Positions 9,807-21,461 of a DNA stretch of 64,000 nucleotides are shown here, piece by piece (positions within the stretch are counted from its first letter, which is position 1; each line of letters starts with the position of its first letter). Both the position numbers and the translations under genes were made by a program. The stretch comes from an uncultured Verrucomicrobiae bacterium. Its GTDB lineage: Bacteria; Verrucomicrobiota; Verrucomicrobiia; Chthoniobacterales; Terrimicrobiaceae. The stretch lies in NCBI GenBank assembly GCA_963706955.1, contig CAVPOC010000003.1:480001-544000 (forward strand). Direction: 5' to 3'. Below the pieces are notes generated by a model. That model saw only the letters and a list, made by a program, of their open reading frames with translations. It was not told the origin of the DNA and did not search any database.

Positions 9807-12800
9807 GTGGTTGTTTCGATCACCACGAGCAGATCCTTTGTATCCACAGTTTCGCCAACTTGAACCAGCCTCTCGACGAGCTTGCCGGCGATCGGCGCGT
9901 AAACGGTGGTCTGCATTTTCATCGCTTCGATAACAAGCAACCGATCTCCTTTGGAGACACTGTCACCCGTCTCAACCATGATGCTCGTCACGGCTCCCGG
10001 AATCGGCGCGCCCACGTGACCGGGGTTGGCCGGATCCGCCTTGGCGCGTTCGACAGTCTGTGCCTTCAGCGACTCATCCTGAATAGTAACTTCCCGCGGC
10101 TGACCGTTCAGCTCGAAGAAAACTGTTCGCTTTCCCTCGGGGTGGGGCTCTCCCACGGTGAGGAATTTAATGATGAGGGTTTTACCCGGCTCGAGCTCGA
10201 CGAGGATCTCTTCGCCGGGCTCCATGCCATAGTAAAACTGAGGTGTGGGCAAGACGCTCACATCGCCGTAGAGCTGCCGCTTTTGATCAAAGCTGAGAAA
10301 TACCTGCGGATACATCAGGTAGCTCAGTAAGTCGGTCCGATTTACGTCGTGACCGATCTTCTCGCGAAGCGACGCGCTGGTCTCCTCAAGATCCACCGGC
10401 GCCAGATATTCTCCGGGTCGTCCGGGTTTCGGGCGCTGGCCGCGCAGCACCACCTCGAGCATCTTTTGCGGCCATCCACCGTCGGGTTCGCCGAGAGCAC
10501 CGGAGACCATTTCCACGACCGAATTTGGCAGGGTGAGGGTATGGTTGGCGCCGAGCCGTTCGAGTTGTCGGATGGTCGTGCCGTGACTCACCAGAAAGAG
10601 AGCCATATCGCCCACGACTTTGCTGGAAGGGGTAACCTTCACGATGTCGCCAAAGGCCATATTCACCTCGGCGTAGGTCCGGGCAATCTCCGGCCATTTA
10701 TGCCCCAGTCCCATCGACTCCGCTTGTTCTTTGAGGTTTGTATATTGGCCGCCCGGCATTTCGTGCAGATACACTTCCGCGGTGCCGGACTTTGGACTGC
10801 TGTCAAAGGGGAGATAATAGTGGCGCACAACTTCCCAATAGTCGGCGCATTCATTGAGAGCCTCGAGATCGACTCCCGGACTGCGGTCGGTGTTCTCCAA
10901 GGCGGCGACCATCGAATTGAGATTGGGCTGACTGGTCGTGCCACTCATTGAGGCCACGGCGGCATCGACGACATCGACTCCTGCTTCGCTTGCCTTCAGA
11001 AGTGTGGCCGCATTGATACCGCTGGTGTCGTGGGTGTGGAAGTGAATAGGCAGAGCGATCTCCTCTCGCAGGACTTTAACCAGCCTTTCCGCGGCGTAGG
11101 GCCGACAGACCCCCGCCATGTCTTTGATCGCGAGAACGTGCGCCCCCATGCGCTCGAGTTCCTTGGCCTTCCTTATATAATAGCTTAGCGGATACTTGTC
11201 GCGCTTCGGGTCGAGAAGATTTCCCGTGTAGCAGATTGCTGCTTCGCAGACTTTCCCGCTCTTCACGGCTGCCTCCATGGGCACCTTCATGTTTGGCAGC
11301 CAGTTTAAAGAATCGAAAATACGAAAGATATCGATCCCCTGCGCGGCGGACTCGGAGATAAACTCTTCGACGACATTATCCGGATAGGCGGTATAGCCGA
11401 CAGCATTGGATGCCCGCAACAGCATCTGAAAACAAATATTTGGAATCGCCTGGCGTAGGCGCTGCAGTCTCTCCCACGGATCCTCATGCAAGAAGCGCAG
11501 TGCCACGTCGAAGGTCGCGCCGCCCCACATCTCCAGGCTGTAAAAGTTATGCAATCGCTCGGAAACGAATCTCGCAATCGCCAACATGTCGTGGCTGCGC
11601 ATGCGTGTTGCGAAGAGCGACTGATGCGCATCGCGGAAGGTCGTGTCGGTCAGCAGGAGTTGCGATTGCTCTCGCGTCCACCTGGCAAACCCTTCAGCTC
11701 CCAACTTTTCAAGAAGCTGACGCGTCCCGCTACGAGGCGAAGATGACGCCTCGTGCTCGGGGACAACGACTGACCGCATGTGGGCCGGCTTAGATTTCCC
11801 CGCGACCTCCTTATTCCCATTGACGATCGTCTCGCCGATAAAGCTGAGGAGTTTCGTCGCCCGATCCTTTTGCGGAACGAATCGAAAGAGATCGGGATTA
11901 TCATCGAGAAAGCCTGTGGTGGCGCCTCCTTCTTGAAAGATCGCATTGTTTACGACGTTCTCCAGAAACGGGATGTTCGTCCTGACTCCGCGGATGCGGA
12001 ACTCGCGCAAGGCCCGATCCATCCTTTGGCACGCTTCTTTGAAATTCACTCCCCAAGCGGTCACCTTGACGAGCAAGGAATCGTAATAAGGGGCGATCGT
12101 CGCTCCTCCGTAGGCCGAGGCGCCGTCGAGTCTTATCCCGAATCCGGCGGGCGAGCGATAGGTATGAATCTTCCCATAGTCCGGGACGAAGTTGTTCGCG
12201 GGGTCTTCTGTGGTCACGCGACATTGGAGAGCGAAGCCGTACCGCGGAATCTCGCTCTGCTCCGGAAGACGCATCACTTCGCCATGCAACGCCTGCCCTT
12301 GAGCCACCAGAATCTGCGAGCGGACGATGTCAATACCGGTGACAACTTCTGTGACGGTATGCTCCACCTGAACGCGAGGATTTACCTCGATGAAGCACCA
12401 ATCGCCACTTTCAACATCCACGAGAAACTCGACGGTGCCGGCATTGAAGTATTTCGCCTCGCGGGCGATTCGCACCGCCGCAGCGCAGACTTCCTCGCGA
12501 ATCCGCCCGTCGAGCGCAACAGCCGGCGCCACTTCGACGACCTTTTGATGGCGGCGCTGGACCGAGCAGTCGCGTTCATAGAGATGGAGGATGTTCCCGT
12601 GATGATCTCCAAGGATTTGAACTTCGATGTGCTTGGCCCTGCGGATAAAGCGCTCGAGGAAAACGGCATCATTGCCAAACGCCGCCGCCGCCTCTTGCCG
12701 AGCTTCGGCGATCTTCGCCTCAAACTCGCTTTCGGTGGCAACGATCCGCATCCCACGCCCCCCTCCGCCGAATGCCGCCTTAACAATCAACGGGAATCCA

Positions 12801-13252
12801 ATCTCGCCGGCTACTTGCCGGGCCACGTTGGTGTCGGTCACCGGTTCTTCGGTTCCCGGAATCACCGGCACGCCTGCCTTCTGGGCAAGGCGCCGCGCGG
12901 CCGTCTTATCGCCGAGCAATCCTAGAAGATCGGCCGACGGACCGACGAAGGTAATTCCCGCCTCTCTGCACGCGTTTGGCAGGTCTGGATTTTCGGCGAG
13001 AAAGCCGTACCCCGGATGGATCGCGTCAACACCCTTTTCGTGCGCCATCGCGACGATGCCGGAAACGTCCAGATACGCTTGAACAGGCCCTTTTCCTTTG
13101 CCTATTAGGTAGGCTTCGTCCGCCTTGAATCGATGGAGACTTAATCGATCCTCCTGCGAATAGACGGCTACGGTGCGCAAGCCAAGTTCCGAGGCCGCCC
13201 GAAGAATTCGAATGGCGATCTCACCACGGTTTAAGGCCAGCAGCTTTTTCAT
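9803..13252 (-). CDS. pyc: Pyruvate carboxylase
   Basis: Biotin carboxylase (NRGEIA, HPGYGFLAEN), carboxyltransferase (RDAHQS, HTHDT) and biotin carrier EAMKM. Start at ATG 13252. Confidence 0.97.
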   Translation of the reverse strand: MKKLLALNRGEIAIRILRAASELGLRTVAVYSQEDRLSLHRFKADEAYLIGKGKGPVQAYLDVSGIVAMAHEKGVDAIHPGYGFLAENPDLPNACREAGITFVGPSADLLGLLGDKTAARRLAQKAGVPVIPGTEEPVTDTNVARQVAGEIGFPLIVKAAFGGGGRGMRIVATESEFEAKIAEARQEAAAAFGNDAVFLERFIRRAKHIEVQILGDHHGNILHLYERDCSVQRRHQKVVEVAPAVALDGRIREEVCAAAVRIAREAKYFNAGTVEFLVDVESGDWCFIEVNPRVQVEHTVTEVVTGIDIVRSQILVAQGQALHGEVMRLPEQSEIPRYGFALQCRVTTEDPANNFVPDYGKIHTYRSPAGFGIRLDGASAYGGATIAPYYDSLLVKVTAWGVNFKEACQRMDRALREFRIRGVRTNIPFLENVVNNAIFQEGGATTGFLDDNPDLFRFVPQKDRATKLLSFIGETIVNGNKEVAGKSKPAHMRSVVVPEHEASSSPRSGTRQLLEKLGAEGFARWTREQSQLLLTDTTFRDAHQSLFATRMRSHDMLAIARFVSERLHNFYSLEMWGGATFDVALRFLHEDPWERLQRLRQAIPNICFQMLLRASNAVGYTAYPDNVVEEFISESAAQGIDIFRIFDSLNWLPNMKVPMEAAVKSGKVCEAAICYTGNLLDPKRDKYPLSYYIRKAKELERMGAHVLAIKDMAGVCRPYAAERLVKVLREEIALPIHFHTHDTSGINAATLLKASEAGVDVVDAAVASMSGTTSQPNLNSMVAALENTDRSPGVDLEALNECADYWEVVRHYYLPFDSSPKSGTAEVYLHEMPGGQYTNLKEQAESMGLGHKWPEIARTYAEVNMAFGDIVKVTPSSKVVGDMALFLVSHGTTIRQLERLGANHTLTLPNSVVEMVSGALGEPDGGWPQKMLEVVLRGQRPKPGRPGEYLAPVDLEETSASLREKIGHDVNRTDLLSYLMYPQVFLSFDQKRQLYGDVSVLPTPQFYYGMEPGEEILVELEPGKTLIIKFLTVGEPHPEGKRTVFFELNGQPREVTIQDESLKAQTVERAKADPANPGHVGAPIPGAVTSIMVETGDSVSKGDRLLVIEAMKMQTTVYAPIAGKLVERLVQVGETVDTKDLLVVIETTT

Positions 13253-13405
13253 GGAAAGACGGCTTTGCCCGAGAGGGTGGTGACCAATTGTGACATGGCC
13301 GATGATTGGAAGGTTTCCCGCCTGGCAAGAAAAGCGTTTTTCTGCGGGATCGCTGGTGCGGCCGATGGTGGTGCAAACGATCAGGGAGCTATCGCCATTA
13401 GGATC

Positions 13406-13588
13406 GGGGAGCATACCCGTCCTCGGATGTGATTGTTCGGCGTCCACGCCGGACACCTCCACACGCCGAGAGTAGTGACATTCGCGACCGTCCTGTCAGT
13501 GATGATCACAGCTTGGCCGGGAGATTCAACCGACGCGTGGTGCTCGGCGAGACGCCGAGCACCATACCGGGGACGGGTGTGCTCCCCG
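13406..13588. repeat. Family A palindromic element (long form)
   Basis: ggggagcatacccgtcc...ggacgggtgtgctcccc inverted termini about 180 nt apart. Confidence 0.8.
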
Positions 13589-13766
13589 AAGGTTCGCTTT
13601 TTAGCGCACCGCTTTTCGGCGAAGCGCACGCGCGCGGACAAATCTGCATCGCTTGACTTCCGGCGGTAGCGCCAGCACTATCGGCGCGAACCTCTTCCTC
13701 CGCGAGTGCCGGTAATGGAAACTCGCCACCGATAGCTCAAAAGCGATTCTCTTCGATCCTCCCGCC

Positions 13767-15723
13767 ATGTACCAGCATCAGCTGCACCAGCAAATTAACC
13801 AGTGCCGTCAGGAGAAGGATTTTCCGAATAACGATGCCGGCATCCTCTTTCACACCCGCTTCATCGCGAATGGTGACCGCCATAAAGGCTCTCTATGATG
13901 AGATCTACGGGTCTCATCCGAAAGCCAGTGAGAGCTTCGCCCGGTTGCTCACTATCATCACGAGGGCCTTTATCAATCGGCCGGAGTCGATGAAAGATAC
14001 GGACGAAGAGAAGTTGGACCAGGGGCATTGGTTCCTCAGCAACAGCATCACCGGTATGAGCCTCTACGTCGATCGCTTCGCCGGTGGCCTAAGCGACGCC
14101 CAAGACAAACTCGACTACCTGCACCGACTCGGGGTCAATCTGCTTCACCTCATGCCGATCTTTGAGAGCCCTCTCGGTGAGAGCGACGGTGGATATGCCG
14201 TTTCAGACTATCTTAGCGTGGATGCGCGTTTTGGCACGCTCGAAGACCTCAAGGCACTAAGACGGCAAATGGCCGACCGGAAAATGGTCCTCATGCTTGA
14301 TATTGTGTTAAACCACACCTCGCATCACCACGAATGGGCGCGCAAGGCCAAGCAGGGTATCCAAAGCTTCCAGGACTACTACTATATGTTTCCCGATCGA
14401 AGCGTGCCCGAGCGGTTCGAGCGCAGCATGCCAGAGGTTTTCCCGGAATCTTCGCCGGGGAATTTCACCTATTGCCAGGAGATCAACAAGTGGGTGATGA
14501 CGGTCTTTCACAGTTACCAGTGGGACCTCAATTATCGAAATCCTGCCGTTTTCCTGGAGATGCTCGAAACTATCTTTTTCTACGGCAACATCGGGGTCGA
14601 CATTCTGAGAATCGACGCCCCGGCGTTCATCTGGAAACAAGAGGGCACCACCTGTCAAAACCTTCCGCAAGCACATACGCTCCTTCGGCTCATCAAACAA
14701 TGCGTTCAGGTCGCCATGCCAGGTATGGCGATCTTAGGCGAGGCGATCGTCGCGCCGAGAGAGATCATGAAATATTTCGGCACCGGACTGTTTACGGCGC
14801 GGGAGTGCGACCTGGCATACAACGCCACCCATATGGCACTGCAATGGGACGCGCTCGCCACTGGTGATACCCGAGTCATGCTGGCCGCACAGCATGAGAT
14901 CTTGCAGAAGCCTTATGGCACAACTTGGATCAGCTACACCCGCTGCCATGATGACATCGGCCTCGCCTACGAAGACTACATGATCCAGCACGCGGGCTTC
15001 GACCCGTTTCAGCATCGGAAATTTTTGCAAGATTACTATTCGGGGCAGTATCCAGGATCCTTTGCAACGGGAGCGCTCTTTTCCGTGAATCCCAAGACGA
15101 ACGACGCCCGGATTAGCGGATCGCTGGCATCGTTGTGCGGTCTAGAAAAGGCGCTCCTTAGCGACGATCTCGCGGCGGTCGATTTGGCGATTGCCAGAAT
15201 CGTGATGATGCAGGCGCACAGTTTCCTGATCGGCGGAGTGCCCATGATTTTCTATGGCGACGAAGTAGGGCGCACAAATGATTACTCCTACCTCGATGAT
15301 CCCGGAAAGAGCTACGATAACCGTTGGATGCATCGGCCAGTCATTGACTGGGACCAGAACAAACGAATCGACACGGAAGGGAGTGTCGAGGCGCGCGTCT
15401 ATGGGGCCACCCAGCGGGTGATTGCCATTCGCAACAAACTTCCGATGGTTGCCGACGCGAAAAACCTCACCTGGCTCACTCCACACAACATTCATGTCGC
15501 CGGCTATCTGCGAACTCTAGAGGATCGGCGCGTCTATTGTCTCTTTAACTTCACCGATCGACACCAGTCGCTGACATGGTTTGCCCTTAAGGAACATGGT
15601 CCTATTTCCCAGCGACTCTATGATCATTGGAGCCAGCAAGAATATTCCCTGGGGCTGGACCATGAGTCGATGGCTCTCGCGCCATATCAGGTGCTAATTT
15701 TCGAGCCGCTGCCACCGAGTTGA
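13767..15723 (+). CDS. GH13 amylosucrase/sucrose-hydrolase-like alpha-glucan enzyme, 5' frameshift near 13872
   Basis: SDGGYAVSDY, DIVLNHT, LRIDAPAF, GEAIV and RCHDDIG GH13 motifs. The likely true start ATG 13767 (MYQHQLHQ...FHTRFIAN) joins ORF 13834-15723 if one base is removed. Confidence 0.88.
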
Positions 15724-15821
15724 AACTAGTTTGGAATTCTGGCCGTGCGGATGAATACGCTTAGGCTATCCGCGCCGCGTCTTGAGATGCACTCCTCGGG
15801 CCTGCTCGCGCGTTGCGCTGC

Positions 15822-15881
15822 TGTTGCGGCACTGTCCCAGCGTCGGAGCACGTGCTTCGGCGGTGGGGACACCGCCGCTAA
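15822..15881. repeat. GTAG-type REP doublet, family B (degenerate)
   Basis: tgttgcggcactgtcccagcgtcgg...cggcggtggggacaccgccgcta. Confidence 0.7.
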
Positions 15882-16121
15882 ATCGACGAGCAGCTTAAGC
15901 TTTGCACAGAGGGTTTCCAAAAGGGGCCAATGAAAGCCGACGCCGCCGTCGGTTTGCTGCTCCTTTTCGACGATCACTATCCTAATGTTGGAGAAAATCT
16001 ATTGTTTAGTATGCAAGCTTCTGCTAGCTCCCGCTCGAACCCGCGTATTGTGAAAACTAATCTTCTGTCCAACAACCTGTCCCATTCCAATAAGCTGATT
16101 TCTCCGGGAAGAGTCATACGG

Positions 16122-17783
16122 ATGGCTGCCGCCTTGGGGATCTTGCTGGCAGCCCTTGCCCTTAGTTCATCCCGTGCGGCTACAGTGACCACTAATGGCT
16201 TTGATCTTTTTGTAAACGGCAGTCGCATGGTCATCAAGGGCATTAATTACTCGCCCTGTGCCCATCGGCGCAGTCCCCGGCAACCCTCCTTACGGAGATT
16301 ATTTCGTTCCGGAATACAGCAACGTCTGGACTCCCGACATTCAAAGCATGCGCGCCGCTGGCGTCAATGCGATCAAACTTTACGCCGGCAATCCGGCGCT
16401 CAACGCCGGCGCAGCCCGGTTCTGCGGGCAATTGGAAGGCAGTTCCTGGATGCCTGTTACAACAATGGCACCAGTCCGATTTACGTCGTGATGTTCTCCT
16501 ATGTTCAGGGGGATGTCATCGCGGCTGGCGGGGCTGCTTACCAGCAGTATATCACCGACTATCAGAACCTCGTTGGGAGCACCGTCACCCATCCGGCGAT
16601 CCTCGGCTATTGCGTTGGCAACGAAATCTTTGGCGGCGACGTGACATCCAATGCTCAATTTTGGGTCAACTTCGGCGCCCTCCTCAACGCCGCCAAGGCG
16701 GCCGGTCAAGAGCAAGGCGTCACACCCTTTCTTGATGACCGCCACCAACGACGACTACACACCCGGCCAGACATGGCCGGCCATTCAGCTGGGCGAAAAC
16801 TCCGATCAGCTCGACCAATCTGGATGCTTGGGGAATCAATGTTTATCGTGGACCGCTCTTCGGCGGAGCCGGCAACTCGGTGTTTGTGCAATACCAGCAG
16901 CTCATGACTAGTCTCAATAAGACGAAACCCCTCATCCTGGGTGAGTGGGGAACACCACACTCAACGCGCCAGGCACCGGGCGTTTACGGTAACGATGGTA
17001 GTGGTGGACCCCCTATCAATCTCGACGACGTCCCTCAAAACCAGATGGGCCAGGCCAGCCATATTTTGCCGCGACAACCACCTCGCAGTTCCTAACGACC
17101 CAGTGGCAGACGATCAGCGGCCAACATCGGCGCGGGAACAAACCAGGTCTGCGTGGGTGGCTTCATCTTCGATTGGTCTGACGAATACTGGAAGGCTGGT
17201 GACCCAGTAACCACCTCGGTGGTCCCGATCAAGGCTTTAAGGGCGGGGCATTCGCCGGCGGCTATGCGGATGAAGCCTGGTATCGGGATCACAAGCGCGG
17301 TTGATCAATCACAATACGGAAATAACCAGCCCAACATCAACCGAACGCTCTTTGACGCCTACGCCGGGATACGAGCCTTCTATACTTCGACGACGCACCT
17401 AGCCAGCGCCACTCTACGGCCATCCGGTGTTCGGCGCGCCGAATCGGGAGCGGCCAGTCATCGACATCGAATGGCCGACGCGGAAGTCAATTATCACGAA
17501 AGAGGAAACCGTGGTGATCCGTGGAACGGCTTCCGGGGGCGGCGGCATCGATCAGATTCTTGTCCGGGGTCCGCGCGAGAGCTATCAACTCGCGACGGGC
17601 ACCACCGATTGGAGCAGCCAGGAAGACCTTCGCTTCGGAAGCAATCGCTTCACCATTAAGGCGGTCGGCGCCACCGGCGACACCACGACCAAAACGATTA
17701 CGATTTACCGAGATTCCCGACCATCGGCGAGGGAAGAACGATTGGCGTGGCAAGAACCATTGGCGAAGAGATCGCTAATTTAG
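16122..17783 (+). pseudogene. Secreted clan GH-A glycoside hydrolase (GH2-like TIM barrel) with C-terminal Ig-like domain, multiply frameshifted
   Basis: Signal peptide, IKGINYSP, acid/base VGNEI, nucleophile LGEWG and GGFIFDWSDEYWK are spread over alternating frames. An Ig-like tail lies in 17427-17783. It may be intact in vivo if the indels are assembly errors. Confidence 0.7.
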
Positions 17784-17818
17784 CGATCCCTTCGCCCTTG
17801 GACAAAGGATACTCCGGT

Positions 17819-18916
17819 TCAAGCTTCCGGCGCGATCTGTTCGTTCTTTAGCAGGGAAAGCTTGCGTTCGACGCCCCAGCGATAGCCGGAAATGCTCCCG
17901 TCCCGGCATAAGACACGATGGCATGGAATGACAACGGCCAGCCGATTGGAAGCAATGGCCCGCGCGACGGCGCGAACTGCCTTGGTGCGCCGATGCGCTT
18001 GGCGATCTCCGAATAACTGGAGATCGTGCCGATCGGGAATCTCTCGAAGAGCCTTCCAGACTCGGCGCTGAAAAACGGTTCCGCGCAGGTCGAGCGGCAG
18101 ATCCAAACCGGTCCGCGGAGCCTCGACGAAGCGGATCACCTTGGCAACGAGATCTTCGAAATCTTGATCGCCGGCGATCAGTTGGGCCTTTGGAAATCGC
18201 TTCGCGAGATCCTTCGTCAGCGCGGCTGGATCGTCGCCCAAGAAGATCGCGCAAACGCCCTTCTCCGAGGCGGCCACCAGGATCGACCCAAGCGAACATT
18301 TCCCGACGGCGAAGCGAATCGCCGCTCCTCTGCCTCCGTTTTGATAATCTTTTGGTTTCATGCCAAGTATTCCCGAGGAGTTCGCGTAAAATCGGCCGTT
18401 TGAATTAAATCCCGCCTCATAGATCGCCTCGGTAACTGTCTTGCGCCTTCCGAGCTCGGCACGCATGCGTTCTGAGCGATGAGCCATCGCATAGGCCTTC
18501 GGGGTCATCCCGGTGGCGGTCTTGAAAAGTCGGTGAAAATGGAAGCGGCTCAGGCCCGCGCTCTTCGCCAACGTGTCGAGGTCGGGCACCTCTTCAGCGG
18601 TCTCAATTCTACGGCACGCCGCAGCGACCAGGGCCGCTTGTCGCTCAGTCAGGCTCGGTCCATTCGGATGGCATCGCCGGCATGCTCGAAATCCAGCTTT
18701 CTCAGCGTCCGTAGCCGTTCCGAAGAATGTCACGTGCTTGCGGTGTGGCCGGCGGGCGGAGCAGGAGGCGCGGCAGTACACGCCGGTGGTGGCCACACCG
18801 AAGAAAAATTTGCCATCGGCCCGGCGATCTCTCCGCAGAACCGCGCGCCACCTTGCGTCGTCGTTAGCGCTCGTGGATGGCAAAGATCGAGTGACACTCA
18901 TGGATGATATTTTCAT
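17819..18916 (-). CDS. ada: Bifunctional Ada regulator / O6-methylguanine-DNA methyltransferase
   Basis: Zn domain GVYCRASC...RACRRC, AraC HTH and active site IPCHRV. Compensating indels at ~17985-18035 hide IGTISSYSEIAKRIGAP in another frame. Confidence 0.93.
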   Translation of the reverse strand: MKISSMSVTRSLPSTSANDDARWRAVLRRDRRADGKFFFGVATTGVYCRASCSARRPHRKHVTFFGTATDAEKAGFRACRRCHPNGPSLTERQAALVAAACRRIETAEEVPDLDTLAKSAGLSRFHFHRLFKTATGMTPKAYAMAHRSERMRAELGRRKTVTEAIYEAGFNSNGRFYANSSGILGMKPKDYQNGGRGAAIRFAVGKCSLGSILVAASEKGVCAIFLGDDPAALTKDLAKRFPKAQLIAGDQDFEDLVAKVIRFVEAPRTGLDLPLDLRGTVFQRRVWKALREIPDRHDLQLFGDRQAHRRTKAVRAVARAIASNRLAVVIPCHRVLCRDGSISGYRWGVERKLSLLKNEQIAPEA

Positions 18917-19060
18917 GGAAGCACGATAACCGCTTCGGCGCGCGAAAAACTCCGGTTCTTGCTTTCAAACTGAACATTGCGCGAAAGCGGTATCTTCCAC
19001 AGAAATTTTTTCCCTAATCCGACGGTGGTTGCAGGAGAAGGATGCTGTACACTTCGATTA

Positions 19061-20371
19061 ATGAAGAGCGCAGAAATCGATCGGCTCCAAGACTGGCTCG
19101 TGAAATGTGGGCTGGCCGGCTCGTCCGAGGTTGATCTCCTGCGCAACTTCTGTGACCACTGCCGGTCCGCCGGCTTGGATCTATCAACCGCCACTGCGGT
19201 AATCGATACACTGCATCCTGTCTATGAGGGCCGTGCATTTCCCTGGCGCAGCGATGGTGCCGAGGAGAGTCCCTTGATGGAGTATGGCAGCACTTCGGAA
19301 GGGGAAGCGGCTGCCAATTGGGAGAAAACTGTCTTTTTTCACCTGCTGACGACCGGAGCAGACGAATTGCGCCGGCGTCTTGGAGGTGATCCGACGGATT
19401 TCGAGACCGGAGAAATGCTGTTGGGACGGCGAGCAGGGAGTACCGGAGCAGGTGATCGGACGGATTTCGCATCCATCGAAGAATTAAAGGCTGAGGGCGA
19501 GACCGATTACATAGCCTTCGTCCACCGGTTCGCCAAGGATAGCGTCATCGGGGAAATGGATTGTGTTTTCTCGTACTGGACGACACGTAACCCTCACGGG
19601 TTTTCCGATGCGGATCTGGCGGCTTTGCGACGACTCGTTCCGACTTTGGCCCTCGGCATCAAATGTGCCTCGTTGGCCCGGATCGCTGACACACTCGTGG
19701 AGGTGTATCTCGGCCGCGCTGCCGGACAACGGGTCCTTAGCGGTCGGATCTCGCGTGGAGTGGCCGAACAGATCAATACCGTGCTCTGGTTCTCGGATCT
19801 GCGCGGCTATACCACGATAGCGGATACAACCTCTCCGGACGCAATCATTCCTCTCCTTAACGACTACGCCGAGGCGGTAATTTCGACGATTCATGAAGCA
19901 GGTGGCGATGTGCTCAAGCTCATTGGAGACGGCGTGCTCGCGGTCTTCAACATGGATGATCCCGCTGATGCCTGTCGGCGCGCCCTGCGGGCGGAAGCCG
20001 ATCTCAGAACGCGAGTTGAGACTCTCAACGCAAGCCGCGCCGAAAAAGCACATCCAGTTACGACGGTGTATCTGGCGTTGCACATCGGTGAGGTTTTCTT
20101 CGGCAACATCGGGAGCGACGAACGGCTTGACTTTACCGTCGTTGGTCCCGCAGTGAATGAAGTCAGCCGGATCGCGTCGATGTGCCGCTCGGTCGATCGA
20201 CTGATACTCGTCTCGGCGGAATTCGCCGCCGCGACACCAGAGCCCGAGCGCAGGGATTTGGTCTCGGTCGGCCGCTATGCCTTGCGGGGTCTCTCGCGAG
20301 CGCAGGAGCTTTTTACCATAGATCCAGGATCGCGGCATCCACCGGCCTCTCGCTCACTCAGCTCAACGTGA
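19061..20371 (+). CDS. Class III adenylate/guanylate cyclase
   Basis: WFSDLRGYT, LKLIGDGVLA, GNIGS, LDFTVVGPAVNEVSRI motifs. Confidence 0.9.
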   Translation: MKSAEIDRLQDWLVKCGLAGSSEVDLLRNFCDHCRSAGLDLSTATAVIDTLHPVYEGRAFPWRSDGAEESPLMEYGSTSEGEAAANWEKTVFFHLLTTGADELRRRLGGDPTDFETGEMLLGRRAGSTGAGDRTDFASIEELKAEGETDYIAFVHRFAKDSVIGEMDCVFSYWTTRNPHGFSDADLAALRRLVPTLALGIKCASLARIADTLVEVYLGRAAGQRVLSGRISRGVAEQINTVLWFSDLRGYTTIADTTSPDAIIPLLNDYAEAVISTIHEAGGDVLKLIGDGVLAVFNMDDPADACRRALRAEADLRTRVETLNASRAEKAHPVTTVYLALHIGEVFFGNIGSDERLDFTVVGPAVNEVSRIASMCRSVDRLILVSAEFAAATPEPERRDLVSVGRYALRGLSRAQELFTIDPGSRHPPASRSLSST

Positions 20372-20420
20372 GTGGAGCCGGCGCCTTTATAGATTGCGGC
20401 TCTCCACGGGACGCGAGCCA

Positions 20421-21461
20421 CTATCCCTGGCGAGGGACGCCCTCGGACGAACCAAGCTGACGATCGAGCCAATCGCCAACCCGCTGAACTGCGTCGGCCC
20501 GGTTGCTGTCATGGATCAGATCGTGGTAGCCGTCAGCGAAACGCTGTCGCTCCTTCTCCGGGGCAGGAATGGAGCGCATAAAGCGAGCAAAGGCGCCCTG
20601 GCCAACACCGGCCGTGCCGATGGGATCTTTGTCGCCCGTCAACACGATCACTGGCACTTCCATCGAAGTCGCCGCGATGCGTGCCCGGGCCCCCAGCTTG
20701 AGAGTTTCATCGAAAAATGCCCACGAAAATCCGGGTCGAACTCGATCCCGCGAGAGCCCCCAATAGCGATCAAATTTTGGATCGTTGGTCAGGGCCGGCT
20801 TTTCTCCAGAAATCAAACCAACTCTGAAGAGCAGTCCTCGCGGCTTGAAACTGCGCAGTTGCCCGACGCCGAGGCGCACGATCGGCGAGGCATAAATCAT
20901 AGCCACAGCCGGAGAATGCAAGATGATCCCGGCAGGACGGATCTGGCCAGAGCGATTCGATTCTCGAAGCACGAGCATGGCAACGAGCGATCCCATGCTC
21001 TGACCGTAAAGAAACAGCGGGATCCCTGGATGACGCCGCTGGACCCATCGAACAAATTCGGAGAAGTCTCGTTCCCACAACCGGCCATCATCAATGTGTC
21101 CCTTCGTGCGTTGTCGCGCCGCGGACAAGTCACCGTGCTGTCCGCGGACACCGGTTGAATACGAAGAGATTCCGCGCGGTGCGAGATATCTTCCGAGAGG
21201 CTCCATGTCACCGGCGGTTCCATTCCAACCGGGAACTCCTACGATGATAGCCCGCGCTGATCCATCCGACGGTCCCCATGTGCGATACATCAACTGCCGG
21301 CCGTCCGACGTTCTCCAGCAGGGCGGGCCTTCCTTACAGAGCGCCGGACCCAACCGACGAACCACCGGCGCTTGCTGTGGCGCACAAGAGACCAAGCTGA
21401 AGGCTGCCAGCAGCGTTAACGCGTGAACCGCTCTGCACCCTCCCCGGCACCGAGGACGCAT
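20421..21461 (-). CDS. Alpha/beta hydrolase (lysophospholipase/monoglyceride lipase family), possible lipoprotein
   Basis: GQHG, GQSMG elbow, TGDKDPI and GYHDL; LVSC lipobox-like segment. Start is uncertain. Confidence 0.85.
   Translation of the reverse strand: MRPRCRGGCRAVHALTLLAAFSLVSCAPQQAPVVRRLGPALCKEGPPCWRTSDGRQLMYRTWGPSDGSARAIIVGVPGWNGTAGDMEPLGRYLAPRGISSYSTGVRGQHGDLSAARQRTKGHIDDGRLWERDFSEFVRWVQRRHPGIPLFLYGQSMGSLVAMLVLRESNRSGQIRPAGIILHSPAVAMIYASPIVRLGVGQLRSFKPRGLLFRVGLISGEKPALTNDPKFDRYWGLSRDRVRPGFSWAFFDETLKLGARARIAATSMEVPVIVLTGDKDPIGTAGVGQGAFARFMRSIPAPEKERQRFADGYHDLIHDSNRADAVQRVGDWLDRQLGSSEGVPRQG

Noticed and set aside
13705..13766. Fluoride-riboswitch-like start (ggtaatgga...tcgcc) upstream of the GH13 gene
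   Set aside because: The 3' conserved elements are missing and the downstream gene is not a typical target.
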